DNA of 64,000 bases. It comes from Proteromonas lacertae (taxonomy: Eukaryota). How positions within the stretch are numbered: position 1 is the stretch's first letter; each line of letters starts with the position of its first letter. Made by a program: the position numbers and the translations under genes. This document shows, piece after piece, positions 62,728 through 64,000 of this stretch. The notes below the pieces were generated by a model, which saw only the letters and a program-made list of their open reading frames with translations, ran no database searches and was not told where the DNA came from. The DNA lies in contig NGBS01000010.1 in the NCBI GenBank assembly GCA_002245135.1, positions 62,001 through 126,000 of the forward strand, written 5' to 3'.

Positions 62728-64000
62728 TTATTTGATTATATCCTCCAAAACTTTATTATAATTTGTTACTGATTCAAATCCATACCTATAAATTGTATAA
62801 GTATTATTTCTATCAATTATTGACATATTCAATTGTTTTGAAAAATCTTCAAGTAATTTGATTGTTATATGAGGTAAAATATGATTATCATCTTTATATA
62901 ATGATCTTCCATTTATAAATACATCGCAATCATTCTGACAAAACCACTTATTCACAAAAATATATTTGACATGAGAGTAATTCAATAATGGAAATTGATT
63001 CCATGTTGCATTTACACCTAATTTTGCTTTAACATTGTATATGTTGTTCAAAGTGAATGGTTCAAACAACAGAAATGGAGTATCTTGAATAACATAAACA
63101 TGATTTGAATATTTATTTATTTCTTTCAAATAAATAGGCCATTTTTCTTTTACAACTTCTTCTTTGATATGCCAATGATTATAATCCAATGAATGAGATA
63201 AAAATATATTATAAATTCTTCCTGTATAACTGAATATCTTTGATAATGTAGAAAAATCAATCGAAAGAATAGAAGAAATATACATATTGAAGTATATTAT
63301 CTTTCTTGTTGGAAATAAATCCAATCTCAAAAATATAGGAAACCATTGAAGAATATGAGAATCTCCAATAAAGAATGTTCCATTAAAATTCTTCAATTTT
63401 GATGAATCTCCACACCACATGTATGTTCTATCAAGTGTAATCCATTCTAATCTTGCTTCTTCCATCTTTTGGGTTATATTCAATTCACTATTAAATTCTA
63501 ACTGAAATTCTGTATATCTAACTGATATTATAACCAAAATAATAACTCCAATCACAATTGTAAGAATTGTATATGTTTTTAATTGCATTTTGTTTATTGG
63601 TTTTTCTATCATGTAATACAATAGCAAGGTCAAAAGGAATATCATTATATAGTTGATTGATAATGAATATTCTGATAATTTCAATATAGAATAGTGAACT
63701 AAATACAATGAAAATGATATATTACCAATAAATACCAGCAATGAGAAATTAAAAACATTACTCTTCTCATTTGCCATTAAATACAGACAAACCAACATTG
63801 CTGGTAAAATAGACATATATCCAGGATATGTAATGATTTGAGTATTATATAAATACAAACAAATCATTATTCCTATCATTGAAACATATTTCACAATGTG
63901 GGATAATCTGTAATTTATAATACTACAAAACATTCCACAAATAAATTCCCATAATCTTGATTCTATTGAAAAATATGAATAACTATGATTGGAGTAAGTG
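62728..64000 (-). CDS. Second OafA/OatA-type AT3-SGNH O-acyltransferase; 5' end beyond the window
   Basis: SRLWEFICG, GNISFSLYLVH, IEKP, IGDSH, YKDDNHI; frame open to the window edge. Confidence 0.9.
   Translation of the reverse strand, partial: TYSNHSYSYFSIESRLWEFICGMFCSIINYRLSHIVKYVSMIGIMICLYLYNTQIITYPGYMSILPAMLVCLYLMANEKSNVFNFSLLVFIGNISFSLYLVHYSILKLSEYSLSINYIMIFLLTLLLYYMIEKPINKMQLKTYTILTIVIGVIILVIISVRYTEFQLEFNSELNITQKMEEARLEWITLDRTYMWCGDSSKLKNFNGTFFIGDSHILQWFPIFLRLDLFPTRKIIYFNMYISSILSIDFSTLSKIFSYTGRIYNIFLSHSLDYNHWHIKEEVVKEKWPIYLKEINKYSNHVYVIQDTPFLLFEPFTLNNIYNVKAKLGVNATWNQFPLLNYSHVKYIFVNKWFCQNDCDVFINGRSLYKDDNHILPHITIKLLEDFSKQLNMSIIDRNNTYTIYRYGFESVTNYNKVLEDIIK

Noticed and set aside
1..64000. 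Alternative genetic code
   Set aside because: In-frame stops are explained by introns or single-base insertions; conserved Trp uses TGG, and TAA, TAG and TGA all terminate genes.

Overview
Gene-dense, very AT-rich eukaryotic nuclear DNA using the standard code. It has about 35 protein-coding genes, most broken by tiny GT-AG introns (roughly 25-45 nt) and separated by short intergenic spacers. These features, plus a mitochondrion-targeted bacterial-type aspartase, point by inference to an anaerobic gut stramenopile (Blastocystis-like, low-GC lineage). Recognisable genes: CNOT1, MYCBP, an SLC25A51-like carrier, DAD4, MRE11, CEPT/EPT, SYF1, PP1, AspA, an ODC-like protein, PA28, a Sec7 ARF-GEF, an inositol polyphosphate kinase, CDC25, a NEK kinase, a glucosidase II beta-like protein, two LC4-like EF-hand paralogs and a class I HDAC. 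Main points of interest: (1) an intron-free, tightly packed cassette at 59-64 kb with two anchored methyltransferase-like genes and two OafA-type AT3-SGNH O-acyltransferases; (2) an ODC paralog that has lost the PLP half of the active site but kept the partner half; (3) U12-type AT-AC/AT-AG intron candidates; (4) 11 single-base +1 frameshifts, nearly all readable as two synonymous third-position alleles written in tandem, probably a heterozygous-consensus artefact; (5) unusual domain architectures and degenerate active sites. All family assignments come from recalled motifs, not database searches. I recognised no rRNA, tRNA, CRISPR array or transposon.
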